A DNA stretch of 64,000 bases from Tubiluchus corallicola (GCA_030141605.1 JAQGDQ010000928.1:1-64000), one strand, 5' to 3'; shown: positions 14,970-29,844, numbered from the stretch's first letter. Numbers and translations: made by a program. The notes: generated by a model not told the origin, from the sequence alone.

Positions 14970-15400
14970 GTAATAAAATTTATTTATTACTGAAAGAATG
15001 AGAGCAAAATCCTTTTTTGTTTAGCCTCACGTACAATCATATTGGAGAGGGTGTTGACCTCACCTACGTTCTAAATAATGTTGTGTAGAGTCACTCACCT
15101 CAATGTGTTCGGGATATTGTTTTCGTAGGGAGGTTCTAACTTAAAGGTCAAATACAGCGTGCTTTATGAAGTTCAGTTTTATACAAAAACGGAAAGAAAA
15201 TGCTCTAATTAAGATTTACTTATATTTTTAGCTATTTCTTGGTGGTTTATGTAAGAGAAAATCCGGTTTGAATGTGTCATATCATTCACGTCCCACAAGT
15301 GCGCTTGATCAACCCCTGCCCATTTGACCAATCAGAGTCTTATTACATCTGATCAATCAGATTTGGCTGATTTTAGGGCAGTAACCTAACGGTTAAATAA

Positions 15401-15883
15401 AGGAAAGAAAAAGTCACTTAGTATGTTGGGTTTATTTTACTCTTATCACTTAAACTTAGAAAAATTTAACAAAGAAATTTGCAAAGAACTGTCTATAAAG
15501 AATAAATTTAAAATATGCCACTTCTGAATAGAAATCTCAGGCGTGGTCGTTGCCGCCATTCACCTGAAAATCATGACGTAACTGGGGAGACTGTGTGGCT
15601 TTCCGTAAGCGCTCGCTGCTTAAGCTAATTCAAACTTCTGCAGCTTACCTAATGTTTACGTAAAAATATTACAAAATTTGCTATCTATTTTTTGTAAAAA
15701 CTTATACTTTTGGAAGAAAATGGGCGTTCAAAATAGGAGCGCCGTAGCATGAAGTGATCGTGACTTTAAGGTGATTTTACTAATTACACGAGGCGCTTAT
15801 TGCAGTTTTATTACTTAAACCCTTCTTACATTTTTTACGAACATTAAAATAAACCTAAATTCCTAGAAGGCTTCGCCTTTCCT
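15401..15883. mobile_element. Non-autonomous TIR element (Kolobok/T2-MITE-like)
   Basis: Left end ATAA|AGGAAAG and right end CTTTCCT|TTAA give short TIRs with a TTAA-like target site; no coding capacity. Confidence 0.45.
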
Positions 15884-16509
15884 TTAATTAGCCCTTCATC
15901 CCGCCAAGAAAAATCCACTTCTCAAGGGATATATAAGCAGAGGCGCCGGGATTTAACGGTTACTCTTGCTCTGATGTTTATTGTTTAACTTTTGTGTCGC
16001 TACTTATGATGTTAGCTGGATATTATACTACATGCATATACGGTCAATTATAGCTTTAGTATTACAACATTCAACTTTATTAGTTTGGTGTTTTCATTAT
16101 ATAACCAAACAATAAAAACCAATATGACATCAACCTTCATTACTGTCCTAAGTACTCGCAAATTTAATGGTTTGGTAGACAGCCAACAATACATGTCAGA
16201 GGTCAAGAAACATGACGAGATGATTTAGTCTTTTACCAGTTTCCCCTATAAGTGTCGATTATAAGTGATCTCTTTACACTGACATCCAGCGACGAGACAA
16301 ACGTAGCCTATTGATTTTAATGAATCGTTAATTTTTATAAATAATTATTTTGCGTGCTACAATTGGTATGTGAACTCACCTTTTCTCAGTAAAGACCACT
16401 CGCTAATTTAACCAATATATTACGATTCCGTAAATATCTTGAGAGTTCTACAGCAGGAATAAGCATTGATTTTTTTTGTAGTTTGTATGACGGGGAAATC
16501 AGTGGAAGA

Positions 16510-16697
16510 ATGGCCCGCGACACCTTAATTTTAGCTGGTTATCGAATACCAAAGAAATCAGTGGTAACGGCTTCGACGAATAATATTGTTTCGAGGAAAC
16601 ATTATGTGAAAGAGTGTGTCGCTTCAAGGAAACGTATTACTACGAGGAAACGTGTTGTGAAAGCAAGGAAACGGTTTGTTGATGCAAACCTGAAAAG
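16510..16697 (+). CDS. Uncharacterised coiled-coil/Ser-rich protein, exon 1 (basic N-terminus; may start at the acceptor at 16482)
   Basis: MARDTLILAGYRIPKK...RKRFVDANLK, AG|GTGAG donor, phase 2 matches the exon at 19404. Confidence 0.6.
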
Positions 16698-17224
16698 GTG
16701 AGAGCACAAAAAGTGAACAGACCTTTAGGCCGTTGTGTTTTATTCTTATACTGTTTCTTGATAATTGCAATCATTATTGTGATTATTACTAACTGGCCCT
16801 TATGTTCTTATACACGCCGTTTGAAGATGATGTCACTATTTTAACGAACTTTAAGATACTTAAAGGACAAGAAAAGGGGTACCTGAACTATGTTTCAGAA
16901 AAATCGCTTTGAAAAATTTCAGACAATAAAACTTCACAGTCGTCAGCACTGAAGATATGCCACATTGCCGGTAAAAGAACGTCACAAACTGATATGTAAA
17001 TGAAATTTTCACTTTATTTGAACTATTTTAGCCATGATTTTTCAGCGGTTTTGACATCTAGGAAAAAAGAAAAGGTTTTTTGGATAAATACTAGAAAAAC
17101 TTCGAAAAAGTACTACCGAAAATTATCTGAAATTTCGGTTACGAAGCTAAATAAATTTCGTCGAAACTGAAACCTAAACTGAAAGTGCAGTTATCTGCAA
17201 ACCGAACCGGAAATTTCATTTTGA

Positions 17225-17315
17225 TAACATCCCTGCTTATAGTTGACAGAAGGTAATTCTTTATAAATTTCAACTTAGAAAAACTTTGCTTACAGCTAGC
17301 CACACTGATGGCTTT
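17225..17315 (-). mobile_element. hAT transposase C-terminal dimerisation domain remnant
   Basis: ISVASCKQSFSKLKFIKNYLLSTISRD resembles the hAT motif SVASxERSFSKLKLIKNYLRSTM. Confidence 0.75.
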
Positions 17316-18649
17316 AGGCAAACTTTTCTCTTTTAGACAATTGAAGAAAATTCCTCAGTCTCTTTTTCTTGATCTTGTCTTGTGCCATATTGGCATGAGG
17401 TGTGTCATCATATCGATTAACAACTTTCACATTCACGGATATTTCACATTGCGGGACAGTGTGACAACAAAACAGCACCAAGAAGCCAACTTCAAAATTT
17501 AGCCATTTTGGAAAAGAATCGACAAAAAGTACCTCAAATCACAAGAAAGTAATAAAATTATATCAAGTGGCACAAAAATGCGCCAAAGTTTTGATCATGA
17601 TATTATAAGAAGAAAATAACGGAATCTCTTGAAAATTGCTACGATGATGCAGCAGGCCATTTTGTATAAACAGTAAAAATGTGCCATTTTCTTAGATTTT
17701 TCAAAACATATAGCAGTTTTAGAACAAAAAGTGATAGAAATAAATGCCGGAATAAATTTTGTACGTCACTATTAAAGAAATTTACTTTGTGTCCAAAATT
17801 TTCTGAAAATGCTATCATTTATACTTAAGATTATATTAAACATTGATGCATATCTAGTTTTTTTATCTACCTGTCTATTTTTGTGCAATGCATTCTTTAG
17901 AACTGTCATGAATGAGCATTTGAGCATTGTAGAATTGTTGCAAAATATTTCACTATGCAATGGCCGCAAAAGGGATGGACGATAGATCAGGAATATTATG
18001 AATATTTATTGATGGTGTAATTATGTGAAGAGCTTGTGTTATAGGCTTATTTTAGTGATACAACAACGAATTAAACATTGAATTGAGTGAAAATAGTTCA
18101 AATGACTACCATAAGGATGCATACAAATTAGTCCAATCCAGATGAGCTCTAGTCTCAGCTCCCAGTGAGCTCCAACTTGGTAAACTTTACATGTTAAGCC
18201 TTTTTCATTTAATACAAGAATTCATAAAACCCATGTGGACCTGTAAGTGTATTGCGGAGTAGGTCCGAATGTGATTAGATTTTCGAGTTTTTCGTCTTCT
18301 TTCAGCCTTGCACAGAGGAAGAAAAAATCTGCTGCGACCCGAAAATTTAGGTTTAATAACTTACACTCACTTTCAAACTATACCTAACAGTTTGTGCTTT
18401 AGGGCCTACTTTAATGTGCTGCTTTCCTTTTTTGTTTGAAAGCGTATAAATGGACCCAATTGGCTCTTCAAATGTAGAGCGTTTGTGCATTATGGATTAT
18501 AGTTTTGTACTAGCAAAAGCCAAAAACAGAAGGTCGCCTTGACTTTTGCATTGTTGCTCATCTCCTCTCTCGCTCTCTCTTTTGCACTCACTCACTCTCT
18601 ATCTCCCTTTTCCCCTCTCTGTCTTAAATTTCGTACACATATACAAGCG

Positions 18650-18655
18650 CGCACG

Positions 18656-18686
<31 letters not shown>

Positions 18687-18795
18687 TTCTCTCTTACTCT
18701 CTCTCTCCCCTGGTTTTTCCCTGCAATTTCTCTCTCTCTCTCTCCCCTGGTCTTTCCCTACAATTTTCCTCTCTCCCCCCTGGTCTTTCCCTGCA

Positions 18796-18894
<99 letters not shown>

Positions 18895-18940
18895 TTTTTC
18901 TTCTCTCTTTCTCTCTCTCACACACACACACACTCTCTTA
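18650..18940. repeat. (CA)n/(CT)n compound microsatellite
   Basis: Direct inspection. Confidence 0.97.
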
Positions 18941-19403
18941 TTTCCAATATAGTCATTCACCTTTGCCCTGTGAAATCTATATTTATTAAGCATTGCTCAT
19001 TAGAAGTGTCTGTATCTAATAACTCTAATAAGCCCTTTCACAGTTCCAGCCATTGATGATGATCTTGAAAAGGTCAAACTGATGAAAAATAAAAACACAG
19101 TAGACCATGGCGTAATTTGCAGTTAAACTTAAGTTGCCTTAACTGTATAATGCATTCAGATCTTAACAAACCAAGACTTTTGAAAATTGGCTCAATATGA
19201 GCAAGATATCGAGTACCTACAACGACGCAAATTGATATTTATAATCAGTATCACTATTTAGCATTTATGACAGCCCTTCTAGAGCCGTTGCTGCTTAGAA
19301 AGTTTTTTCTGCTTGTCTTGTTTTTGGTTTGAGTTTTAGGCTGTTGTGTAAAGTTTGCTGTAAAAGCTTGCAATGGTTATTAATAAAATTTACTTTTTTC
19401 TAG

Positions 19404-19525
19404 GGAAGCACAGCGGTTGATTTTGCCACGAGAAAGTTCACCAGCTGTTGATCTCACACTAGTAAAGCAGTTGCAACATCTACAGCGAGCGGCTTCTCTT
19501 CGTTTATCTTACGGCCACATGCTAG
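19404..19525 (+). CDS. Coiled-coil gene exon 2
   Basis: TTTTTTCTAG acceptor, open frame EAQRLILPRESSPAVDLTLVKQLQHLQRAASLRLSYGHML, G|GTAAA donor. Confidence 0.7.
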
Positions 19526-21248
19526 GTAAATTTTTTCTCTTGCAAATGTGTTTTGTGCTTGCTTATTAGGTGAGCCACTGTTTAGATGGGTTTAGTCACT
19601 GTAGTGTGGTTTGTTGTGGTTTGGTAGTGTAGGAATAGCTGTGGTGGGTTTGTGTGCAAAATTCTTTTGTGGGGTTTTGCTAGTTGTTTCTGCTGATGTA
19701 TGTCTGGACAGATTCATTTGCATATATGTGGTTTTTGTGGCCAAGAAAGATCTCAATCTAATGTGGTCCCAGTGATGGTTTATGTTTTGAATTTGAGCTG
19801 CGGGGAAGTGAAGGGGTGAAAAACCACCAAAAATTGCTGTTTTTCACTTGCTTTTACACAAAACTTATGTTCCATAATTTGAGAGAATGGAAAAGCATCA
19901 GTGGTGCGGCCAGTAATGGTTAGAAAGTCCGTACGATGGTGGTTGTAGTAGGCAACTTTTCCAAAAAAATTGTGCAAGCAGACACCAAAAAAAATAAATT
20001 TGTGCAAAAGTTTGACATCTTTGGAAAAAATTAGACCATTTCCAAAAAGAGGAGACAGCCCACATCTATAATCGTTCAAGGTGTCCACTGGATGAAATGG
20101 GAAGTGCATATTTCAAAGCTTTATCACCTCCCCAGTGCTGCTTGCTATTTGAAATACCTATTATTCTTGCCTTTCGAAAATTATTCAGCCATTCTAGGCA
20201 TTGTCATCACCCAGCATTTTACTGTGTCATAGAGAGCGATATGTAAGTTGAATCTGTTAGGCTGTTATCACCTGTGAATTAGTAAGCAAAGTAGTAAGCA
20301 GTAGAAATGTTATTGATTTTTATTGAATGGGTCTAATAGCATTTGTCATTGCACACTATAATGCTTTATTATAACTTTCTGTAAAATGTTTTTGCATGGT
20401 TTCTCTATGCTGCTGTGAAGCTGTATTGTTGTTGTTGTTGTTACTTTGGTGGTAGTGGTGTTGTAGGTATCTTCATCATCATCATCTTCATTGTGTGGTG
20501 TAATGTGGTGAGTGTGGTATGATGCGGTGTGGCGTGTTGTTGTGGTGTGGTGTGGTTTGACTTGTTGGTATGGTGTGGTATGGTATGGTATTTTGTGGTG
20601 TGGTATAGTCTGGAGTGGTGTGGGTTGGGCCCTATTGTTAACTATTTCTTGTATGTACAAATTTTATGTATGTGATGATTTGTTAGTGATATGAGCCATG
20701 CCATTCTTAAATGTGCTGTTAGTTGAAACATGATATTCTAACAAATATTAACCATTTGTATTTAATCAAAGTATGTCATCCGTTCATATTTCTGTTAACT
20801 AACTAATGCAGTATGTAATATCTCTAAAATCACCGTTCTTGGTGGGAAAGTGGTCTGACCACTATAATGTGTCAAACTCAAGCCTTGCAGACTGCGAATA
20901 TACCTGAGCACAAACTTTTTACAGGGGGATCAAGCAATGTTAGAATTATTATTGAAACTTATGAATGTAAAGATATTAAAGTTAAACTATGTACGCATCT
21001 TTTCAAGAGTGGACATAATGAGTTTGAGTTGTTTAATCTATCCAGATAGTTCATTGGCTAGGATCGTGATGTGACTGTTGCGACACACGGTGTGATACAT
21101 TTCACCCTTTGTGATGAACATTAGCTTTAATGTTTAGCACAGCTGCTTACCTTTTCAAAATCTTTGCATTGTTTAAAATTATAATGGTGTTAGATTATGA
21201 TTTTGGATTAAATTTTTTTTGCCCAAATTTTGTATTTTTTTACTGCAG

Positions 21249-21332
21249 AGGAAGACAATATACCAGCAGCACGTTCCATATCTCTCCCAGCTGTAGATAG
21301 CAACCAGGGAACTACCAGCAACTCAGGAACAG
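21249..21332 (+). CDS. Coiled-coil gene exon 3
   Basis: TTTTTACTGCAG acceptor, EDNIPAARSISLPAVDSNQGTTSNSGT, G|GTAGG donor; phase 1 in and out. Confidence 0.65.
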
Positions 21333-22602
21333 GTAGGCAATGTACATATAACATTGTATATAAAATTAACATTAACTTACCATAAAATGAGGTTACTTGA
21401 GTCAGCAGGATTAGTTGAAGCAAAACTGGGGACAAGATTTATGCGCTGGTTTATAAACTTTGCCCACAGTTTTATCTCAAATAATCCAGCTCGCTTCAAT
21501 TAACACCATTTTCTGGTACGTCTTATATTTTATTTTTTGCGTTGTACAAGCAGGCTATTGCAAAGATATGCATGAGTTCACAGTCCAGAATCACCTTAAA
21601 TATACAAAAAAACAGAAAATTCTCATTTCCCATTTTTTATCTGTTCAGGTGTCATTACAAGATGATTATAAAATAAGAACTGAATACAAAAATTTAATCA
21701 TTTAGGTGTGAATTGCAAAAATGTTATAAATTAAAACAAAATTGTAAACGTAGTGTTACAAGGTAGAAATGTTACATCAAATAGAAATTGCACTTCTCTT
21801 TAACTTGTCTAAAAATAATCCATTTATCTAATGAATTTATCTCCAACAGTGGTATTCCAGATTTCAAATTTAAATATTCAAGCAGCGAAAAGATAGTTTT
21901 GTGTCAAGCAGTAAGTCCTGTACACCAAGTAATTTTGTGTCAAAAGTTAAGTATGCCTAACTTCATAAAAATGTTAATTTTGCTGAACATCTATGATAAT
22001 GCCTAAGGACTCTTTTTTCCTGTTATTGTGACATTAGTAAATTATTTTTGTATTTAAGTAAAGCGACACATAAATCCTGCATTATTCTCACTAAATGCAG
22101 AAAAGTCCTACAGACAGTATATTATTCATGTGTTTCTAGCAGAATATAGGAATTAGGAATGCAGAAGTAACAAAATGCCTACTACTCATTGATTTCTATT
22201 GTCAGTATACCTTAGAGTCATGGTAATAAAATCTCAACTGAAAAGTGCAACGATCACCCTGTAAACTTAGAGCGTAGGTAGCTGGACGAAAACGACCACA
22301 TTCGAGTGAATATGGATCACGCATCACACATTGCATCTAATTGCGCATCATGTTGCACATGGAAACATTTTCATGTGTTCAAATACAAACTTTTGTACAT
22401 ACGCATTACGGAGCACGCATCACGTACTAATGACCACCATTAATGAACAAAAATGCTGTAAGAGCCAAAAATAAACGTGTTTTCATACAACTGCCTATTT
22501 TTGGCAAATAAGTATAAATTTTTCAAAATAGAATTTTACTGCTGATAGGTTTTGAATAATTACTGCTCATTTGCAAGGCATCTAAGAAGCAAAAGAGTAG
22601 CC

Positions 22603-25045
22603 GATTGTAGAAACAACTTAGAAGTAAAGTATAGGAGTATTTTCATACACATGTTTCGCAGATTGTAGAAACAACTTAGAAGTAAAGTATAGGAGTATTT
22701 TCATACACGTGTTTTGCAGAGTTGTAGAAACAACTTACAAGTAAAATATAGGAGTATTTTCATACACGTGTTTAGCTGATTGTAGAAACAACTTAGAAGT
22801 AAAGTATAGGAGTATTTTCATACACATGTTTAGCCGATTGTAGAAACAACTTAGAAGTAAACTATAGGAGTTTTTTCATACACGTGTTTCGCAGGTTGTG
22901 GAAACAACTTAGAAGTAAAGTATAGGAGTATTTTCATACACGTGTTTCGCAGATTGTAGAAACAACTTAGAAGTAAAGTATAGGAGTATTTTCATACACG
23001 TGTTTTGCAGATTGTAGAAACAACTTAGAAGTAAAGTATAGGAGTATTTTCATACACGTGTTTCGCAGATTGTAGAAACAACTTAGAAAAAAAACAACAG
23101 AAGTAAAGTATAGGAGTATTTTCATACACGTGTTTCGCAGATTGTAGAAACAACTTAGAAGTAAAGTATAGGAGTATTTTCATACACGTGTTTCGCAGAT
23201 TGTAGAAACAACTTAGAAGTAAAGTATAGGAGTATTTTCATACACGTGTTTCGCAGATTGTAGAAACAACTTAGAAATAAAGTATAGGAGTATTTTCATA
23301 CACGTGTTTTGCAGATTGTAGAAACAACTTAGAAGTTAAGTATAGGAGTATTTTCATACACGTGTTTCGCAGATTGTAGAAACAACTTAGAAGTAAAGTA
23401 TAGGAGTATTTTCATACACGTGTTTCGCAGATTGTAGAAACAACTTAGAAGTAAAGTATAGGAGTATTTTCATACACTAGATTGTAGAAACAACTTAGAA
23501 TAAAGTATAGGAGTATTTTCATACACGTGTTTCGCAGATTGTAGAAACAACTTAGAAGTAAAGTATAGGAGTATTTTCATACACGTGTTTCGCAGATTGT
23601 AGAAACAACTTAGAAGTAAAGTATAGGAGTATTTTCATACACGTGTTTCGCAGATTGTAGAAACAACTTAGAAGTAAAGTATAGGAGTATTTTCATACAC
23701 GTGTTTCGCAGATTGTAGAAACAACTTAGAAATAAAGTATAGGAGTATTTTCATACACGTGTTTCACTCACAGATTGTAGAAACAACTTAGAAGTTAAGT
23801 ATAGGAGTATTTTCATACACATGTTTCGCAGGTTGTGGAAACAACTTAGAAGTAAAGTATAGGAGTATTTTCATACACGTGTTTCACTCACAGATTGTAG
23901 AAACAACTTAGAAATAAAGTATAGGAGTATTTTCATACACGTGTTTCACTCACAGATTGTAGAAACAACTTAGAAGTAAAGTATAGGAGTATTTTCATAC
24001 ACGTGTTTCACTCACAGATTGTAGAAACAACTTAGAAATAAAGTATAGGAGTATTTTCATACACGTGTTTCACTCACAGATTGTAGAAACAACTTAGAAG
24101 TAAAGTATAGGAGTATTTTCATACACATGTTTTGCAGATTGTGGAAACAACTTAGAAGTAAAATATAGGAGTATTTTCATACACGTGTTTCGCAGATTGT
24201 AGAAACAACTTAGAAGTAAAGTATAGGAGTATTTTCATACACGTGTTTTGCAGATTGTAGAAACAACTTAGAAGTTAAGTATAGGAGTATTTTCATACAC
24301 GTGTTTCGCAGGTTGTGGAAACAACTTAGAAGTAAAATATAGGAGTATTTGCATACACGTGTTTCGCAGATTGTAGAAACAACTTAGAAGTAAAGTATAG
24401 GAGTATTTTCATACACGTGTTTTGCAGATTGTAGAAACAACTTAGAAGTAAAGTATAGGAGTATTTTCATACACGTGTTTCGCAGATTGTAGAAACAACT
24501 TAGAAATAAAGTATAGGAGTATTTTCATACACGTGTTTCGCAGATTGTAGCAACAACTTAGAAATAAAGTATAGGAGTATTTTCATACACGTGTTTCGCA
24601 GATTGTAGAAACAACTTAGAAATAAAGTATAGGAGTATTTTCATACACGTGTTTCGCAGATTGTGGAAACAACTTAGAAGTAAAATATAGGAGTATTTTC
24701 ATACACATGTTTCGCAGATTGTAGAAACAACTTAGAAGTAAAGTATAGGAGTATTTTCATACACGTGTTTCGCAGATTGTGGAAACAACTTAGAAGTAAA
24801 GTATAGGAGTATTTTCATACACGTGTTTCGCAGGTTGTGGAAACAACTTAGAAGTAAAGTATAGGAGTATTTTCATACACGTGTTTCGCAGATTGTAGAA
24901 ACAACTTAGAAGTAAAATATAGGAGTATTTTCATACACGTGTTTCGCAGATTGTGGAAACAACTTAGAAGTAAAGTATAGGAGTATTTTCAAGATTGTAG
25001 AAACAACTTAGAGGTGAAGTAAAGGAGTATTTTCATACACGTGTT
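22603..25045. repeat. 58-bp minisatellite, about 42 copies (intronic)
   Basis: Unit GATTGTAGAAACAACTTAGAAGTAAAGTATAGGAGTATTTTCATACACGTGTTTCGCA, head-to-tail with no unique spacers. Confidence 0.98.
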
Positions 25046-25704
25046 AGAAACAGTGTGTGAAAGATGACACAAGTGCAAGAAATTGTTTACAACACAACAA
25101 GTCACTGGTTAACAGGTTTATTATGAGTAGATTTAAAACAGTAGATTATCTTCACATCGACAAAACCGATTAGCGGTTATAGAGTGCAAAGAAACAGAAA
25201 TTATAGCGAAATTATCAGCTTAAACAGAAAATACTTCACAGCAGATTGCCATTTGCATTTCATCTCTGTACTGAGTACACATGCAGACACGCAAAAACTG
25301 AAACAACAAGATAGTGAAATCGTTTGGATTAGTGCGTGAAAATAAGAAATCGAAACGGGAATAAGTGCGTTAACAAACGAAGTCAAATCAAAACAAATGT
25401 GTGAATGTGCGGAACTCACACAGTGACTGCATTTAATTGTTTTCTTCAAGGCTAACTTCATTTAATATAATATATCAATAATAGGCATTTGGGATGATGG
25501 GAACAGCCACTTTCATGGAGTTTGCTTAACTACAGATTTGAAGCAGCGTCAAGCTTTATACCTATAACTTCAGGTTCTGTATAAAAAAACAAGCCGTAGT
25601 GATTACCACTTGTATAGATACAAAATTCCTAGATTGAGAACTCACCACAAACTGCAGTTCAATTTAGTACAGTTTTATTGTGAGACACATTTTTTCTTTT
25701 TTAG

Positions 25705-25932
25705 TGAACAGCTTGAACGTGAATGTTCTAAGTCAGCATCTCAAGCTCAGAAGTTGAGTGTGGAACTGGAGCGTGTCCGTCAGACATTGGCGATGAAAAA
25801 TACGGAGAATAGTCGCTTGCAGGAAGAGCAGCTTGATTTGGAGAATCTGCTCAGAGATGTACAGACTCAGCAACGATGCGCTGATGAAGCTGTGAGGTTA
25901 GAGAAGAATTTGCAGGACACTCTTATCACAAG
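25705..25932 (+). CDS. Coiled-coil gene exon (heptad-rich)
   Basis: EQLERECSKSASQAQKLSVELERVRQ...LEKNLQDTLIT with canonical AG/GT boundaries. Confidence 0.85.
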
Positions 25933-27321
25933 GTATTTAAACGATTCTCTTGTTTTATCGGTTTGATGCCAGATACCTTAATGTTAATTCGATAATGATA
26001 CAATGCCATACTTTTTTGTAACGATACGATAACGACAAACTACTTTCTAGATGATATGATACGATAAATTATTTCAAACAATAAAAAGGTACTAAAGTTA
26101 GACTATATATGCAATAACAAAAGTATTATTAATAATAAAAATTATTAAGTGCGTTCAGTGTTGTATACATAAATGGTTGCTAGTTATGAAACACAAGTTT
26201 GATTGTCATAATGATTTATTATTAAGTAAGCTGCAACAATTAAATATATTACTGAAATAAAAATATTTGTCTAATTGAGCTGCACATGACTGAGGAACTG
26301 ACACTAAGATACAGTACAGTGTATTTGATATCGGCACATCAGTATCAAAGCCACTATACTTTGTCAGTATGATTCAGAATGAACATAGACATTATTGCGA
26401 GGCAAAAGTACAAGAAAATGATTTACCATCTGACGAGCTTATAATTTTTGCAACGTTACGTGCCAAATTTGATACGATAATGATATTCCCAGAATATTAT
26501 TGAAACTATAGTGACAAAACTGTTATAATGCCCTCATTTACAAAGCTAACTGCTCCTTAGTGCCCAGATCTTTAGCAGAACAAAACAGGTTAGACATGTA
26601 AATATTAATCCACCTCGGCATATTACCAACTTTTTTGCAGTGTCGGAATAGGCGGTATAAAAAGATTTGATTGTATGCAGGACAGTAATTAGAGAGAGAA
26701 AGCTTTTTAAATAATAATTAAAATGAAAGAGACGGAGAAAGGGAGAGAACGAAAGAGAGTGTGAAAGTGAATGATGAAAAGAGAAGGAAGTAAATGAGGA
26801 AGATGTTTCTGAATATTTTATGTGTAAACCTCCAATTATATCCTGCAGTTCTGTAAAGAGATTTTTCTAACGATTTGCTGAGGAAATTTCATATTTGTGA
26901 AAATTCTTCATCTAGTAACATGGCGAGAACTTTTGCTGTATAGGTGGCTGAGCTTGAAGGCGATGAAGATAAAATCTTAGAAGTTCCAGCAAGTGAAGAC
27001 GAAGTGGATGTCGCAGAATTAAAGAGTGAACATCATTAATCTGTTCGAAGTATTGCCACAAGACTTGATAAACAATATACTGCAATGGTGGGGAACACCT
27101 CATTTTGTTCTTTGTGTCGTCATAGATTTATGCCAACTTATATACTAACTAACTATTTATGCCATTTTGTACTAACTAAGCACCTCGATTACGAGTGATT
27201 CTATCCAGTTAGTAACACATATTAAGGAAAACTTTCATGGAGTAATTTGTTACCCATTTGACCTTTATCTTAATATAAAAATTCCATAGTCAGTTAAGGG
27301 TTAATAATAATTTTTTTTCAG

Positions 27322-27405
27322 AATTCAGGAATTGGAGGCTGAATTAGTGAAACTGACAACAGTATACACAGAGCAGAAACCAGCGGAGGTATCTGTGTCC
27401 AGCAG
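27322..27405 (+). CDS. Coiled-coil gene exon
   Basis: TTTTTTTTCAG acceptor, IQELEAELVKLTTVYTEQKPAEVSVSS, AG|GTTAGT donor; phase 2/2 consistent with neighbours. Confidence 0.82.
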
Positions 27406-28211
27406 GTTAGTCAATCTGACATTTTGAGTTGCCATTAAGATTCCGGCTTGCATTGTGCCATACTCTAGAAAAAATATACTAATACTTTTATAATGGAAAA
27501 TAGTATGATTTGTCACATCCTTCCTCATTTTGAAATATGGTAAAATGCTTACATTTTAACTCATATAATAATGCAAAAGTATTTCTGATAATTAAATAAT
27601 AGATTAAAAACTTAATTGACAGCAGGCGAGCCCTAATGATGATGACTTCACAACTGCACACATTCCACGAGCGTCTTGCACGTGTTTCCGAAAGGAAAAA
27701 TTGAAGTACAGTGCTACTGTAAAATATTTAGTTTGATATACAAAAACTCGGCAAATTTTAAGTTTACATTTGTGCTCACGCATGAGCTCTCGAACGTATG
27801 CAGTACGTCGCAGCTGAATACCTCTGAACTGAGAGGTACAGAACCTGTTTTTTGTGCATCGTGCTTCCTGCCAGAGAAGAAATAGCCGCAAGAATGCGAA
27901 TTACATTTCTGTGGTAATAATTTTTTCTTGTAAATCATTCTTGAAAAAAAGTACTTTCCCTTTCAATAAATAGAATAGATTGCTTTGAACTATAGTTTAA
28001 GCTTGGGTCCAGTTTTCCATTAAGATCACTATAAGAACGAAGCTTTGATCAATGACACAGTTACCTTTTTTGATTTTATATATCGTTTACAAAAAGTGCT
28101 TTTTAATTTTGCCTTCCTGATGGAAAAATTACGCCATTCTCCTAGAATTTTGTTTGTTCAGTTTGTCATTCTGACAGACTGTTTACGATGTAGATGATTG
28201 TTGGTTTTCAG

Positions 28212-28326
28212 GTCAGAGGTCGCCTTGCTGATGCAAGATTTGAAGAATGAAATACAGAGACAGATTGACACTTCACTATCACATTTGAATAGTGAGAGCA
28301 GTAATGCCACCACATTGCAAAGACAG
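28212..28326 (+). CDS. Coiled-coil gene exon
   Basis: SEVALLMQDLKNEIQRQIDTSLSHLNSESSNATTLQRQ, CAG|GTTAGT donor. Confidence 0.82.
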
Positions 28327-29152
28327 GTTAGTACAGTTGAGATAAATATCATAGTAGTAAATGTTTCGCAAGTTGAACCTCTTGATACGAAGTGCACAAA
28401 AAAGTTCTGATTTTGAGGGTTGATAAACAGATATTAGAGAAAAATGGATTTTCTTTGCCTTTTTTCACATCTTTTCAAAACTAAAACCAAAGAGAATTGA
28501 AAATGTCAACACTAGCATTATTACGATAATCATCTTTATTATCAGAAATTGATTCACCCTGGAGAGCCAAAGTGTTTCAGATTAATCCTGTATCATCTTC
28601 AGGCAGCACAAAATAAAAAAAACAGAGTGATGGATAGAATCAACATCAATACCACCCAAATTCACAAGGGGAGTCAGTAATGCTAAAAAGAGAGCTGAAA
28701 TGGTTTTGTACAACATGATGTATCAGACAAATGCAAAATTGTAATAGTAGATCTCTCACTTTGCCTAAGCGATTACAAAATTTTGCTATAAAACATAGTC
28801 ATCCGATCAGCTTAATGGGATTTATCCAAAAAGTTTTGGCTGATCGTCTATGGAGCAATTTCTGATAACAAAGATGACTTTCTTATTATTGTTAGTGTTG
28901 ACAAATGGAGCCAAACCTTGTGCAATGAGAATTTGTTTTCCAAATGTTTTAGATACACAAGAAGCCTGAGATAGTCCTGTGATATAATGGGTGGTGATTA
29001 TTTTTATCGTGTATGTCACTCATCATACATTTTGTACCTGTGTGCCACTTGCAGCCAGAAAAACAGAAAATTCCCAGTTTTTCCCATTATTCCCAGTTTT
29101 TTAGATTACTTGGAAACTCTCACATTGTGTGAATCGATCAACCAATTCTGTC

Positions 29153-29657
29153 GACTTCCACAACAATGATTACAGCAACATAATCTAGTCTCCGTTGGAA
29201 ATAAAGCAGACTTCCACAACCATGATTACAGCAACATAATCTAGTCTCCGTTGGAAACAAAGCAGACTTCCACAACAATGATTACAGCAACATAATCTAG
29301 TCTCCGTTACAAATAAAGCAGACTTCCACAACCATGATTACAACAACATAATTTAGTCTCCATTGCAAATAAAGCAGACTTCCACAACAATGATTACAGC
29401 AACATAATCTAGTCTCAGTTGCAAATAAAGCAGACTTCCACAACCATGATTACAACAACATAATCTAGTCTCAGTTGCAAATAAAGCAGACTTCCACAAC
29501 CATGATTACAACAACATAATCTAGTCTCAGTTGCAAATAAAGCAGACTTCCACAACAATGATTACAGCAACATAATCTAGTCTCCGTTACAAATAAAGCA
29601 GACTTCCACAACAATGATTACAGCAACATAATCTAGTCTCAGTTGCAAATAAAGCAA
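29153..29657. repeat. 56-bp minisatellite, about 9 copies
   Basis: Unit GACTTCCACAACAATGATTACAGCAACATAATCTAGTCTCCGTTGGAAATAAAGCA. Confidence 0.96.
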
Positions 29658-29686
29658 AGAATTTACATTTCTTTTTCTGCAAATAG

Positions 29687-29844
29687 TTAGCCAGTATTGA
29701 GCAAGCACTAGACATCGAAAGGGCTGAGCGTCGAATTGAACATGCAGAAATGCAGACATTGAAGGACAATAATGAACGACTTCGTGAGCAAGTGACTTCT
29801 CTCCGCAAGCGTTTCTTAAGCAGCAGTGAAGAAGCTGCTCAAAG
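29687..29844 (+). CDS. Coiled-coil gene exon
   Basis: LASIEQALDIERAERRIEHAEMQTLKDNNERLREQVTSLRKRFLSSSEEAAQ; phases 0/2 consistent with neighbours. Confidence 0.85.

Noticed and set aside
22603-25045. CRISPR-like regular array
   Set aside because: Units are contiguous near-identical 58-mers with no unique spacers, there are no cas genes, and the context is a eukaryotic intron.
28565-28610. Hammerhead-like CTGAAGA...GAAAC on the minus strand (possible Penelope remnant)
   Set aside because: Stems are too degenerate to support a ribozyme and no recognisable Penelope ORF is nearby.
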